Positions 20,083 through 31,523 are shown, counted from the first letter of the stretch. The stretch: DNA of 64,000 nt from Gemmatimonadales bacterium (GCA_041613315.1 JBFJHJ010000005.1:1-64000), one strand, 5' to 3'. Translations and numbers: made by a program. The notes: generated from the sequence alone by a model not told the origin.

Positions 20083-20382
20083 ATGAGCACCGCCACCTTT
20101 TTGATCCTGCTAGCCATCGTCGTCGGCAGTGGTGTGCTCGGGTTCCTCATCATCGCCGCGTGGACGGCGCGGTATCTCCGGGACTACGCGGAATCCCACC
20201 GCGGTGTCACCAGCGAGGTGCAGTGTCCACGCACGGGACTCTGGACGACCGTCCGTATCGGCCGCCGGCAGGGCGAGCCGGGCTTCCACGTGCTGTCCTG
20301 CGAGCGATTCCCCGATGGGGCGCCGCGGTGCCACACCGAGTGTTTCCGCGCCTTCACCGGCACCGGCACTCGGGTCGCGTAA
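20083..20382 (+). CDS. Small membrane-anchored protein with four Cys
   Basis: SD GGAGGG; N-terminal TM; VQCPRTG...LSCERFP...RCHTECF. Confidence 0.75.
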   Translation: MSTATFLILLAIVVGSGVLGFLIIAAWTARYLRDYAESHRGVTSEVQCPRTGLWTTVRIGRRQGEPGFHVLSCERFPDGAPRCHTECFRAFTGTGTRVA

Positions 20383-20595
20383 CCACCGCCTCAGTCCCGC
20401 CGTTTGCTCGAGACCGCCGCGACCGGCCGCGCGGCGGTATGGGCGAGACTCACCTCCGTGAGGTGGCGTTCACGCGAAGCGGATGCGGTGGAACCCGATC
20501 CCATACGGTGTCACGTCATACCGGTCGAACCGTCCGTGGGGAGAAGGACCGTCGAGAAGGGGATCACCACAAGCGTCTCACCGAGCGTCCGTGGG

Positions 20596-21111
20596 TTAGC
20601 GGGACCGTCGTTCGACCTTCCACCGGCCGCTCTGCGTCGTCCCGCCCTCCACATGCCGCGACACGAACGTGCCCGCGATCACGTCGCCGTCGAGTCGCCC
20701 CACGAAGGTCGTGCGGAGTGTGCAGCCACAATCGGGATCGGTGTACGGCGAGAGCGTACCGCTCACGCGCCCGCCGTCGATCCGGACGAACTCGATCCGC
20801 AGGAGCTCGGGGTCCGTCGTGAGCCCCAAGGGCTCCGCCGGTCGCTCGTCCATGGGGCGCGTGACGCGCAGCGGCCGGCTCCACCCGCGGGGAATCATCA
20901 CGACTTCCCCGGCCGCCGTGTCTCCCACGGCGGCCAGCTCGAAGACGATGCTGCCCGACCGGCCGGTGGCCGAGCTGCTGTACTCCCCCTCCCATTTCCC
21001 CACCAGTTTCGCGAGGTCCGGCGACTCGCCGATCAGGGGCACGGGAGCCGGCGGCGCCATGCACGCGGCCGCGAGCGCGAGCCCCACCGTACTCCAGGTG
21101 GCGTAACGCAT
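20596..21111 (-). CDS. Hypothetical lipoprotein
   Basis: Signal ending LAAAC; LVGKWEGEY; DPDCGC. Confidence 0.75.
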   Translation of the reverse strand: MRYATWSTVGLALAAACMAPPAPVPLIGESPDLAKLVGKWEGEYSSSATGRSGSIVFELAAVGDTAAGEVVMIPRGWSRPLRVTRPMDERPAEPLGLTTDPELLRIEFVRIDGGRVSGTLSPYTDPDCGCTLRTTFVGRLDGDVIAGTFVSRHVEGGTTQSGRWKVERRSR

Positions 21112-21261
21112 CCTGAGGCGCCCCTTCGCACGATCCACGCCGGCCACGTGCTCTGCCCCGTGGCTCGGTTACCGGTGGAACTAAGCCGGGCGCCGCTAAA
21201 AGGACTTCCCATCTTCCGTGAACAAGGGTTTAGTTTCCGTGGCCGCCACTGCGGAAACGTC

Positions 21262-22512
21262 ATGCCCGGCAAGCCCGCTTCCACCGATCAGCAGCAGATC
21301 TGGCAACGCGTTGAGGCCTTGTGCCGCGCTGCCATCTTGATCACAGCCGAGCGTGACCTCGATCGGGTGCTGCAGCAGATCGTGGACTCCGCCCGTGTCG
21401 TCGCCGGCGCGAAGTACGCCGCTCTCGGCGTGCTCAATGACGCCGGCGACGCCCTCAGCCAGTTCATTGTGAGTGGGGTGACCCCCGAGGAATACGCCCG
21501 GATCGGGGATCTCCCGACCGGCAAGGGCATCCTCGGCGTCCTCATCCGGACGCCGCGCCCGCTGCGACTCGAGGATCTCACCACTCACTCGCGGTCGTCC
21601 GGGTTCCCGCCGCACCATCCGCACATGTCGTCGTTTCTCGGCGTGCCCATCCTGGGGCGCGACGGGCCGATCGGGAACCTGTATCTCACGGAAAAAGAGG
21701 ACGCGGCCGCGTTCACCGAAGAGGACGAAGCCTTCGCCGTGATGCTCGCCGCCCACGCGGCGGTCGCGGTGGAGAACGCACGGTTTCACCACGAGCGCGA
21801 ACGCCTGATGGCCGAGCTGCGCCTGCTCCAGACCTCGCGCGATCGGTTCTTCGCCATGATCAACCACGAGCTGCGGAACGCCCTCACCGCGGTGCACGGC
21901 TGGACGGAGCTCTGGATTCGCAAGACCGGTCCTGATGTCCCGCGCGCCGCCCGCGAAGTCCACGAGTCCGCGGAACGGGCCATCACGCTGCTCGAGGACT
22001 TGCTCGACTTGAGCCGCCTCGACGCCTCGAAGCTCAAACCGCGCGTGCGGGCCTGCGACGTGGCACAGGTGGTCCGCGAGGCGGTGACGTCGGTGGAGCC
22101 CGGGGCCGAGCGGCGCGGGGTTCGCGTCGCGACCTCGGGAATCTCAGGTGAGCTGGTCTGTCGCTCGGACCCCCAGCGGGTGCGGCAGATCCTGATCAAC
22201 CTGCTCACCAACGCGGTGCGTCACAGCCCGGCGGACGACACGGTCACCGTGGAGGTGGCGGCGTCCGACCACCGGGTCCGCGTCGACGTCGTGGATCGCG
22301 GCGAGGGCATCGCGGCGGAACAGCAGGCGGTCATCTTCGAGGCCTTCGAACGGGCCGGTACGGACGCTGACCGGGAGAAGGGGACCGGCCTTGGGCTCGC
22401 CTTGTCCCGGAAGCTGGCACAGCTCCTGGGTGGGAATCTCACGGTGGAAAGCCGGCCGGGGGCGGGCGCGCGATTCATCCTGGACCTTCCCCGCGATTTA
22501 TCGTTATCATGA
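21262..22512 (+). CDS. GAF-domain sensor histidine kinase (DosS/DevS-like GAF, HisKA/HATPase)
   Basis: YAALGV...IGDLPTGKGILG...GFPPHHPHMSSFLGVP; H-box NHELRN; NLLTNA, DRGEG, GTGLGL; no TM. Confidence 0.9.
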   Translation: MPGKPASTDQQQIWQRVEALCRAAILITAERDLDRVLQQIVDSARVVAGAKYAALGVLNDAGDALSQFIVSGVTPEEYARIGDLPTGKGILGVLIRTPRPLRLEDLTTHSRSSGFPPHHPHMSSFLGVPILGRDGPIGNLYLTEKEDAAAFTEEDEAFAVMLAAHAAVAVENARFHHERERLMAELRLLQTSRDRFFAMINHELRNALTAVHGWTELWIRKTGPDVPRAAREVHESAERAITLLEDLLDLSRLDASKLKPRVRACDVAQVVREAVTSVEPGAERRGVRVATSGISGELVCRSDPQRVRQILINLLTNAVRHSPADDTVTVEVAASDHRVRVDVVDRGEGIAAEQQAVIFEAFERAGTDADREKGTGLGLALSRKLAQLLGGNLTVESRPGAGARFILDLPRDLSLS

Positions 22513-22563
22513 AGGAGCCTTCATGATCCATTAAAGACCTGCTTACGCCCCCAGCGGTACGGT
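22509..22563 (+). promoter_or_regulatory. Direct-repeat array and -10 upstream of response regulator (likely autoregulatory)
   Basis: ATGA 22509, TTCA 22520, TTAA 22531, CTTA 22542; TACGGT at 22558. Confidence 0.65.
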
Positions 22564-22570
22564 TAGCGCC

Positions 22571-23254
22571 ATGAAGATCCTCGTGGTGGAGGACGACCGA
22601 AAGGTCGCCGGTTTCATTGAGATGGGCCTCCGAGAGGAAGGCTACGCTGTGGACGTCGCCAAGGACGGCGAAGAAGCCACGGTGCTGGCGCACGTCAACC
22701 AGTACGACGCCATCCTCCTCGATCTCATGCTCCCGAAGAAGAACGGCCTCCAGGTGGCGTCCGAGCTGCGACGCGAGGGGCGAACGACGCCCATCATGAT
22801 GCTCACGGCCCGGGATGCCACGGAGGAGGTTGTCCGCGGCCTCGACGCGGGCGCCGACGACTACCTCACGAAGCCGTTCAAGTTCGACGAGCTGCTGGCC
22901 CGCCTCCGGGCGCTGGTCCGCCGCGGCGGCGCCGCCCGGCTGGACCTCCTGAGCTACGGCCCCCTCGAGCTGAGCCGCCTCAAGCACAAGGCCTTTGCCA
23001 ACGATAAACCCCTGGATCTCACGCCCCGTGAGTTCCAGCTGCTGGAGCATTTCATGCTCCACCCCGACGAGGTCATTCGGCGCACCGAGCTGCTCGAGAA
23101 GGTCTGGGACATGCACTTCGACCCCGAAAGCAACGTCGTCGATGTGCACGTCGGGAACCTCCGGCGGAAGCTCCGGCAGGCGGGGTGCAACGGCGTGATC
23201 CAAACCGTGCGAGGCGTCGGGTTCGTGCTCAAGAAGCCCAACGGAGACTCCTAG
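22571..23254 (+). CDS. OmpR/PhoB-family response regulator
   Basis: VEDD, LLDLMLP, GADDYLTKPF, LTPREF, SNVVDVHVGNLRRKL, TVRGVGF. Confidence 0.96.
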   Translation: MKILVVEDDRKVAGFIEMGLREEGYAVDVAKDGEEATVLAHVNQYDAILLDLMLPKKNGLQVASELRREGRTTPIMMLTARDATEEVVRGLDAGADDYLTKPFKFDELLARLRALVRRGGAARLDLLSYGPLELSRLKHKAFANDKPLDLTPREFQLLEHFMLHPDEVIRRTELLEKVWDMHFDPESNVVDVHVGNLRRKLRQAGCNGVIQTVRGVGFVLKKPNGDS

Positions 23255-23259
23255 CGCGC

Positions 23260-24639
23260 ATGTACTCCCTGCGCCGCACCCTCGCGGTGCGGCTCTCACT
23301 CACCATCTTCCTCGCCCTCCTGCTCATCGCGTTCTGGGCATCGATGGGTGCGCAGCACATCCTCCGGGACGAGCTGGACCGCGGGCTCGCCGCGGCGGCT
23401 CAGCTCGAGTCGGCGGTCCTCGCGACCGGCCTGCCGCTCCCCGGGCATCACGGCCCGCCGGAGGAAGCCACCTTCGTCCTCGAGGTCAACCGCTTCGTTG
23501 CCGTGCGGGACACGGCGGGCGGGATCCTCCAGGGCAATACGGTATTGGCGCTCGACCTCCCCCTCGACCGTCGGAGCTTCGAGCGCGCCCGGGCCGGCCA
23601 CGACGTGTGGATCACGCAGCCGTGGCGCGGTGACAAGGTGCGCTCGCTGTATCACCCGGTCCCGGCGGGTAGTGGCCCGAACCGGGCGGTGGTCCAGGTC
23701 GCGGCGTCCCTGAAGCCGCTGGCCGACGACCGCCGACGGATGATGGTACTCATGCTCGGAACGGTCGTCCTCGGAACCGTGGCCACCGCCATGGGCGCCG
23801 GCTGGCTCGCCGGTTCGGCCGTGACCCCCGTCCACGAGATCACCCAGCAAGCGGACGCCATCACCGCGGGCACCACCGGCCAACGCATCACCGCCCATGC
23901 CGATGTCGAGGAGTATCATGGGTTGATCACCGTGTTGAACCGTATGCTCGACCGCCTCGACCGCGCTCTCGCGGCCGAACGCCGCATCATTGCCGACGTG
24001 GGGCACGACTTGCGCACACCGATCACGGCGATGCGGGGCCAGATCGAGATCGCCCTCCGCGGTGCCCGCGAACGCGAACAGTACCGCGACGTCTTGCGGA
24101 GCGTGCTGGAAGAGGTGGATCGGCTCAACTCGATCAGCGAGGCGCTCGTACTCCTGGCCCGCATCGAAGCCGGCGAGCTGCGTCCGGAGCGACGCCCCGC
24201 GGACCTGGTCGATCTGCTGGAACAAGCCGCCGGACGCGCTCGGAGCCGGGCCGGCAACCGCGTGATCCGGGTCGCCGCCGACGGTGAGGTTCGGGTGGCG
24301 GTGGATGAAGGAATGATCCGCACGGTCGTCGATCACTTGTTGGACAACGCCGTACGTCACACGCCCGCCGGAACCACGATCGACGTGGCGGCGCGCGCCG
24401 ACGGTTCCACTGTCGCGCTGTCCGTCGACGACGACGGGGCGGGCATCTCCCCTGAGGCGTTACCGCACCTGTTCCAGCGGTTCTACCGCTGCGACGAGGC
24501 CCGCACCCGCACTGCCGGAGCTGGCCTCGGCCTCAGCATCGCCGCCGCGATCGCCGCCGCTCACGGAGGCACCATCGCCGCCGATCACTCTGACCGGGGC
24601 GGCCTCCGCATTACGCTCCACCTCCCGCGGCTCACGTAG
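23260..24639 (+). CDS. Membrane sensor histidine kinase (2 TM, HAMP)
   Basis: Two TMs, HAMP, GHDLRTP, LLDNAVRH, DDGAG, GAGLGL. Confidence 0.93.
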   Translation: MYSLRRTLAVRLSLTIFLALLLIAFWASMGAQHILRDELDRGLAAAAQLESAVLATGLPLPGHHGPPEEATFVLEVNRFVAVRDTAGGILQGNTVLALDLPLDRRSFERARAGHDVWITQPWRGDKVRSLYHPVPAGSGPNRAVVQVAASLKPLADDRRRMMVLMLGTVVLGTVATAMGAGWLAGSAVTPVHEITQQADAITAGTTGQRITAHADVEEYHGLITVLNRMLDRLDRALAAERRIIADVGHDLRTPITAMRGQIEIALRGAREREQYRDVLRSVLEEVDRLNSISEALVLLARIEAGELRPERRPADLVDLLEQAAGRARSRAGNRVIRVAADGEVRVAVDEGMIRTVVDHLLDNAVRHTPAGTTIDVAARADGSTVALSVDDDGAGISPEALPHLFQRFYRCDEARTRTAGAGLGLSIAAAIAAAHGGTIAADHSDRGGLRITLHLPRLT

Positions 24640-24685
24640 TCTTCACACCTGGTTGTCCTTCCATTCATCGAACCAAGGCGATCTT
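24631..24685 (+). promoter_or_regulatory. Direct-repeat array upstream of DUF2892 gene
   Basis: CTCA 24631, TTCA 24642, (TTGT 24653), TTCA 24664; GATCTT at 24680. Confidence 0.55.
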
Positions 24686-24695
24686 CCTCTCCGAT

Positions 24696-24938
24696 ATGGC
24701 ACAGCGAGTGTACCAGATGTACCAGAACGTCGGCACCTTCGACGCGTGGATTCGCGGCGCGTTCGCCGCGGTCCTGGTTGTCTTCGCGGTCGTATTCAAC
24801 GACCAGCCGCTGATCTCGCTCCTTGCGGCGTTGGGGGGGCTGATCTGTATCGGCACGGCGCTCACTCGCGCCTGTCCGCTCTATCGCCTCCTGCATGTGA
24901 GTACCCGTCGGGAGCGCTCGCAGCTCGGGCATCCGTAG
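24696..24938 (+). CDS. YgaP/DUF2892-like small membrane protein
   Basis: NVGTFDAWIR...TALTRACPLY..L.VST. Confidence 0.82.
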   Translation: MAQRVYQMYQNVGTFDAWIRGAFAAVLVVFAVVFNDQPLISLLAALGGLICIGTALTRACPLYRLLHVSTRRERSQLGHP

Positions 24939-25116
24939 CGACCCGCGATTACCTCGCGACGACCCGCCAGCTTCACCGACACGACGGCCCGGAACGCCTG
25001 GCGCAGGCGGCCGGGCCCGCCGTAGTTTCCGGCGGGCGGGGCGGAGCACGCGGTAGGGAACGCGGGCGACCCGGCCGGGTTCCAATGTTGAAATGACCGA
25101 TACAGGAGGGTGTGTG

Positions 25117-25509
25117 ATGAAGCGGGTGATTGCACCGTTCGCCGCAACCGCGTTCCTCATGCTGTGGGCTCCCGCAGCGGCAGCGCAGGCCAAAGACACG
25201 CTCCCGCAGGGCGTCACCGCCGAGCAGATCGCCCAGGGGCGGATACTCTTCTCCGGCCAGGGGATCTGCATGGCCTGCCACGGCGCGGACGCCAAGGGCA
25301 TCCCGAACCTTGGCGCCGACCTGACCGACGCCGAGTGGCTCCTGGGCGACGGATCGGTGGAAGCGATCCTCAAGACGGTCCGAGAGGGCGTCGGGTCGGA
25401 CAAGTCCTCGACCGGCACGGTCATGCCCCCCAAGGGTGGATCCAACCTCAATGACGAACAGCTCCGCGCCGTCGCAGCCTACGTCTGGAGCCTGAGCCGC
25501 ACACGCTAG
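25117..25509 (+). CDS. Periplasmic monoheme cytochrome c
   Basis: Sec signal (AAA-Q); CMACH; axial Met in MPPKGG. Confidence 0.9.
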   Translation: MKRVIAPFAATAFLMLWAPAAAAQAKDTLPQGVTAEQIAQGRILFSGQGICMACHGADAKGIPNLGADLTDAEWLLGDGSVEAILKTVREGVGSDKSSTGTVMPPKGGSNLNDEQLRAVAAYVWSLSRTR

Positions 25510-25540
25510 CCGCCGAGCCGGAGCGCCCGCCGTGGGCATG

Positions 25541-25576
25541 CGAGCCGAGCCGAGCGACATGTTCCGGCTCGGCTCG
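25541..25576. terminator. GC-rich hairpin after the cytochrome c gene
   Basis: CGAGCCGAGCCG...CGGCTCGGCTCG 12-bp stem; no clear U-tract. Confidence 0.4.
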
Positions 25577-25691
25577 TCCGCACTCCACGAAGCCGGCCGG
25601 TTGACGGGACCGTTACCTTGACGTCGCGTCGCCGTGTCTGTCAGGCGATATCCTGCGGCCGTCTTCCGACCCTCCAACACGGGACACAGCC

Positions 25692-26768
25692 ATGAAGCAC
25701 ACCGTCAGGCGAGGTGCAGTCCCCGCGACCGCGTTGGCATGCGCGATCGCCGCGATCGCGATGCCGCTCCAGGCGCAGGTCGAGGTCCGAACCGGTGACG
25801 TCCGGATCAGCATTGGAGGCCGCCTCCACTCACAGTTCAACACCACCTCCGTGGCCGGCGAGCCGAGCTCGGATTTCCTCATTCGCCGGGCACGGCTCGA
25901 GTTTGGCATCCGGGTCAACGAGTTCCTGAGCGGCGCCGTGCAACCCGATTTCGGGGAAGGCGGCATTTCCTTGAAGGATGCCTACGTGCAGCTCGCCTTC
26001 AGTCCGCAATTCGAGCTGCGACTCGGGCAGTTCAAGCGGCCGTTCGATCTCTTCGAGCTCACCAGCTCTTCCCAGACCCTGGTGATCGAGCGGGACGGCG
26101 ACGTGCGCGGCCTCAGCGCCTGCAGCGGCGCGGGGGGCGTATGCTCGCTCAGCCGGCTCACCGAGCGCCTCCGATACGCCGATCGGGACATCGGTGTGAT
26201 GGCCGAAGGGGCGTCCCGAAACGGACGGGTGAGCTACATGGCCGCCATCACCAACGGGGCGGGCGCGAACACGCCCGATGAGAACGGGAGTAAGTCGCTG
26301 AGCGGCCGGGTCGAGGTCGCCGCGCGCCCTGATGTGCGGCTGGCCGTCAACCTCGGCCTCCACGATTACTTAAGGGGCCCCGATGACGAGTACGCCCTCG
26401 CCTTCGGCGCCGACATCGAGTACGGCGATTACGACGGCGGTCTGCACGTCCAGGGGGGCATCGTCTTCGGCGACAACTGGCGGAACCTCGTCGGCGGCAG
26501 CCCGAGCACCTTCGCGACCTTCCAGGGGATCGTGAGTTATCGGACGCCGGTCCGCGGGCGGCGGATCACCGCGATCGAGCCGCTGGGCCGCCTGAGCTGG
26601 GGCGATCCCGACACGGATGCCGGAAACGATGCGGGACTCCTGTTCACGCCCGGGGTCGTCATACACTTCACCGGCCGCAACAAGATCGCGGCGAATTTGG
26701 ATATCGTCTCGCCCGGCGTCGGCGATACGGAGATGTCGCTCAAGATGCAGTCGTACCTGTACTTCTAG
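25692..26768 (+). CDS. Outer-membrane porin (OprO/OprP-like)
   Basis: Signal peptide; FLIRRARL, LKDAYV, GQFKRPF, RDIG; C-terminal YLYF. Confidence 0.82.
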   Translation: MKHTVRRGAVPATALACAIAAIAMPLQAQVEVRTGDVRISIGGRLHSQFNTTSVAGEPSSDFLIRRARLEFGIRVNEFLSGAVQPDFGEGGISLKDAYVQLAFSPQFELRLGQFKRPFDLFELTSSSQTLVIERDGDVRGLSACSGAGGVCSLSRLTERLRYADRDIGVMAEGASRNGRVSYMAAITNGAGANTPDENGSKSLSGRVEVAARPDVRLAVNLGLHDYLRGPDDEYALAFGADIEYGDYDGGLHVQGGIVFGDNWRNLVGGSPSTFATFQGIVSYRTPVRGRRITAIEPLGRLSWGDPDTDAGNDAGLLFTPGVVIHFTGRNKIAANLDIVSPGVGDTEMSLKMQSYLYF

Positions 26769-26812
26769 CAGAGACGACGCGGGGGGACCGCCGGCGGCGG
26801 CCCTCCGCGTGT

Positions 26813-26868
26813 ATGAAGATGTCTTCAGAATCCCGTCACCCTCCTTTCAGCGCGGGTCGGCTTAACTG
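26813..26868 (+). promoter_or_regulatory. Direct-repeat array upstream of nos operon
   Basis: ATGA 26813, TTCA 26824, GTCA 26835, TTCA 26846; TTAACT at 26862 (imperfect -10). Confidence 0.62.
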
Positions 26869-26900
26869 TCTCCACTGATTCCTCGAGTGGAGACAACGGA

Positions 26901-27422
26901 ATGCCGATCGTCATGCTTGCCCGAAGCTCGGGCGGCGTCGGAATACGCGGCTACCTCGTGTCGCTCACGCTGTTCGGCGCCCTCCTCGGTACCGCCGCGT
27001 GCGGCGGACGGACCGAAGGCGCTCGCGAGCAGATGGGCATGGAGCACCGCGGGACGGGACGGGTGGCCGAGCAAACGCCGCCATCGGGCACCGGAGCCGC
27101 GTCTGCGGCGGCGCCCGCACCTGGATCACCCATCGATGAGGCGCTCGCCGAGCGCGGCGAGCAGTTGTTCCAGTCCAAGGGCTGCATCGGCTGCCACACG
27201 ATCGGGAAGGGCCGCCTCACGGGCCCCGACCTCGCAGGGGTGGTCGATCGGCGCAACTACGACTGGCTCATGGCCATGATCACGAACCCCGACTCCATGC
27301 TCAAGAACGACGCGGCGGCGCGCCAGCTCTTCGCCGAGTACATGACCCCGATGTTGAACATGGGCGTGACGCAGGACGAAGCGCGGGCGCTCTACGAGTT
27401 CCTGCGCGAGGAATCCCACTGA
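26901..27422 (+). CDS. nos-associated monoheme cytochrome c (likely lipoprotein; start uncertain)
   Basis: TAAC lipobox-like; CIGCH; GPDL; Y.TPM; directly upstream of nosZ. Confidence 0.88.
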   Translation: MPIVMLARSSGGVGIRGYLVSLTLFGALLGTAACGGRTEGAREQMGMEHRGTGRVAEQTPPSGTGAASAAAPAPGSPIDEALAERGEQLFQSKGCIGCHTIGKGRLTGPDLAGVVDRRNYDWLMAMITNPDSMLKNDAAARQLFAEYMTPMLNMGVTQDEARALYEFLREESH

Positions 27423-27486
27423 CACCTCGGCGCGGCGCGGTGCCGCCGCTGTCGAGATCTACACCAACGAACACGGAGAGACCGCT

Positions 27487-29451
<1,965 letters not shown>

Positions 29452-29476
29452 GCCGATCGCGGCTCGCGCTCCCCCG

Positions 29477-29530
29477 CTCCCCCGTCTCCCCGCGTCCTCC
29501 GGCCTGCCGGACGACGCGCGGGCGGGGGAG
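29477..29530 (+). other. Long intercistronic stem-loop after nosZ
   Basis: Nested pairings CTCCCCCG/CGGGGGAG, CGCGTC/GACGCG, TCCGGC/GCCGGA. Confidence 0.55.
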
Positions 29531-29577
29531 ATGGGCACAGACCACCGCGGCGGACCGCCGCAATCGAGTGACGTACC

Positions 29578-30183
29578 ATGGATAGAGTGACACAGTTCTT
29601 CCAAGGCCAGCTGTCATATACGAGCCGCGTCCTGATCGTCGCGGCGACGCTGGCCATTCTGCCCGGGATCTTCCTTCCGACATGGAAGATCACCCTACAC
29701 GCGCCACAGTACCCTGGCGGGTTGGAGCTCGTGATCTACCCGAACACCGTGGAAGGGGACGTGCGCGAAGTGAACCTGTTGAATCACTACATCGGAATGC
29801 ACGAGATCGAGCCGGACGAGTTCCCGGAGTTTCGGTTCATCCCGTTCTTCATCCTCAGGTTTCTCGGGTTCGCGCTTCTCACCGCGCTCATTGGCCGCAT
29901 GCCGATCGCGGCGCTGGGATGGATGGACTTCGTCCTCTTCGGCGCTGTGATGCTCTACACGATGCAACATTGGCTCTATCAATACGGGCACAACCTCTCG
30001 CCCGACGCGCCGCTCCGGATCCAGCCGTTCACCCCGGGCGTCCTCGGCACTACGTCGGTGGGGCAATTCACCGTCTCGAGCTGGCCGGCCGTCGGTGCGA
30101 TCCTGATGGGCGTCGCGGGGCTGATTGGTCCCGTGATCGTGCTCTTCGAATGGCGGCGGCACCGAAAGGGCGGGGCGACGTGA
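29578..30183 (+). CDS. nosB: NosB-like membrane protein of clade II nos clusters
   Basis: W.I.L.APQYP.GL, NLLNHYIGM, YGHNL.P.AP; follows nosZ. Confidence 0.85.
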   Translation: MDRVTQFFQGQLSYTSRVLIVAATLAILPGIFLPTWKITLHAPQYPGGLELVIYPNTVEGDVREVNLLNHYIGMHEIEPDEFPEFRFIPFFILRFLGFALLTALIGRMPIAALGWMDFVLFGAVMLYTMQHWLYQYGHNLSPDAPLRIQPFTPGVLGTTSVGQFTVSSWPAVGAILMGVAGLIGPVIVLFEWRRHRKGGAT

Positions 30184-31523
30184 CCGCGACGCTCCCCGCG
30201 CTGCTCGCCGCTCTCCAGGCCGGCGTTCTCGTCGTCGGGCCAAGCGGACCGTACCGCACGATCGGCGACGCGCTCGCGGCTGCCCGCCCCGGCGACACGG
30301 TGCGCGTGGCTCCCGGCATCTATCGGGAGCGGCCCGTGGTGCAGCGTCCGGTCGTCCTCCTGGGCGCGCCCGGCGCCGTGATCGACGGAGGCGGGGAAGG
30401 GGTGGTGGTTCGCATCGACGCGCCCGCGACCGTCCGGGGATTCACGATTCGCGGCTCCGGCACCGACCAGTCGTACGAGGACGGCGGCATCCTCGCCGGT
30501 GGGGCGCATGGCCTCGTCGTCGAGGAGAACCGGTTCGAGGACGTCCTGTTCGGCATCTACGTCAAGCAGAGCGATGACGTCGTGCTGCGGCACAACGTCA
30601 TCGAGGGTAAGGACCTGCCCCTCCCTCTCCGAGGCGACGGGATCCGCCTCTGGTACAGCCGCCGCGGCCGGATCGAAGACAACCGCGTGTGGCGGGTGCG
30701 GGACGTGGTGATCTGGTTCTCCGACAGCGCCGAGATCCGCCGCAACCGTGTGAGCGACAGCCGGTACGGCCTGCACTACATGTACAGCAACCACAACCGC
30801 TTCGAGGGGAATGCGTTCGTCGCCAACGATGTCGGCGCCTTCATCATGTACTCCGACGATATCTGGTTCCGTGGGAATCTCTTCGCCGAAGCCCGCGGCA
30901 CGACGGGGCGAGGCCTGGGCTTCAAAGACGCGGATCGAATCACCGCCGACTCGAATGTCATGATCAAGAACGCCGTGGGCATCTCGATCGACAACTCGCC
31001 CCACAGCGCCGGTGTGACCAACCGGTTCAGCGACAACGTCGTCGCCTACAACGACGTGGGCGTAGCGCTGCTCCCGTCGGTACACTCCAACGATTTCGCC
31101 GGCAACCAGTTCGTGGACAACGTGCAACCGGTGCGGGTGTCGGGTGGCGGCACCGCACGCGCCAACCGTTGGATCGGCAACTACTGGAGCGACTACGCCG
31201 GGTTCGACGCCAATCGCGACGGCTACGGCGACACGCCGTTCGTCCTTCAACGCCTGTCGGACGACCTCCTGGCGAAGCACGACGCCCTCGAGCTGTTTCA
31301 GCTGAGCCCGGCGGTCAGCGCGCTCAACACCCTGGGGCGCGTCCTCCCCGTGCTTCAGCCCCAGGCGGTCGTGGTGGACTCGAGCCCGCGCATCGCCTCG
31401 GCACCGCCGGCCGACGAAGGCGGGGCCGCCGCGCCGGCGGCCGCGGTCGCGTTCCTCGCGGTGGCGGTCCTGGTACTCGCCGCGACACCTCATTTCCGGC
31501 GCGCGACTCGGAGGCCGAGGTGA
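30180..31523 (+). CDS. nosD: NosD maturation protein
   Basis: Beta-helix repeats; RGDGIRLW, RYGLHYMYS, GNYWSDY.G.D...DG.GD.P. Confidence 0.94.
   Translation: MTATLPALLAALQAGVLVVGPSGPYRTIGDALAAARPGDTVRVAPGIYRERPVVQRPVVLLGAPGAVIDGGGEGVVVRIDAPATVRGFTIRGSGTDQSYEDGGILAGGAHGLVVEENRFEDVLFGIYVKQSDDVVLRHNVIEGKDLPLPLRGDGIRLWYSRRGRIEDNRVWRVRDVVIWFSDSAEIRRNRVSDSRYGLHYMYSNHNRFEGNAFVANDVGAFIMYSDDIWFRGNLFAEARGTTGRGLGFKDADRITADSNVMIKNAVGISIDNSPHSAGVTNRFSDNVVAYNDVGVALLPSVHSNDFAGNQFVDNVQPVRVSGGGTARANRWIGNYWSDYAGFDANRDGYGDTPFVLQRLSDDLLAKHDALELFQLSPAVSALNTLGRVLPVLQPQAVVVDSSPRIASAPPADEGGAAAPAAAVAFLAVAVLVLAATPHFRRATRRPR

Noticed and set aside
20404..21261. Long N-terminal extension of the GAF kinase in the ORF track; similar extensions on nosD, nosF, kynU, the CoA ligase, mqnD and ybjQ
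   Set aside because: Extensions overlap other real genes and are low-complexity Arg/Pro/Ala-rich; downstream starts fit family N-termini
24940..25116. Regulon motif upstream of the cytochrome c gene (single CTTCAC at 24971)
   Set aside because: No phased partner half-site and no -10 at the 16-nt offset
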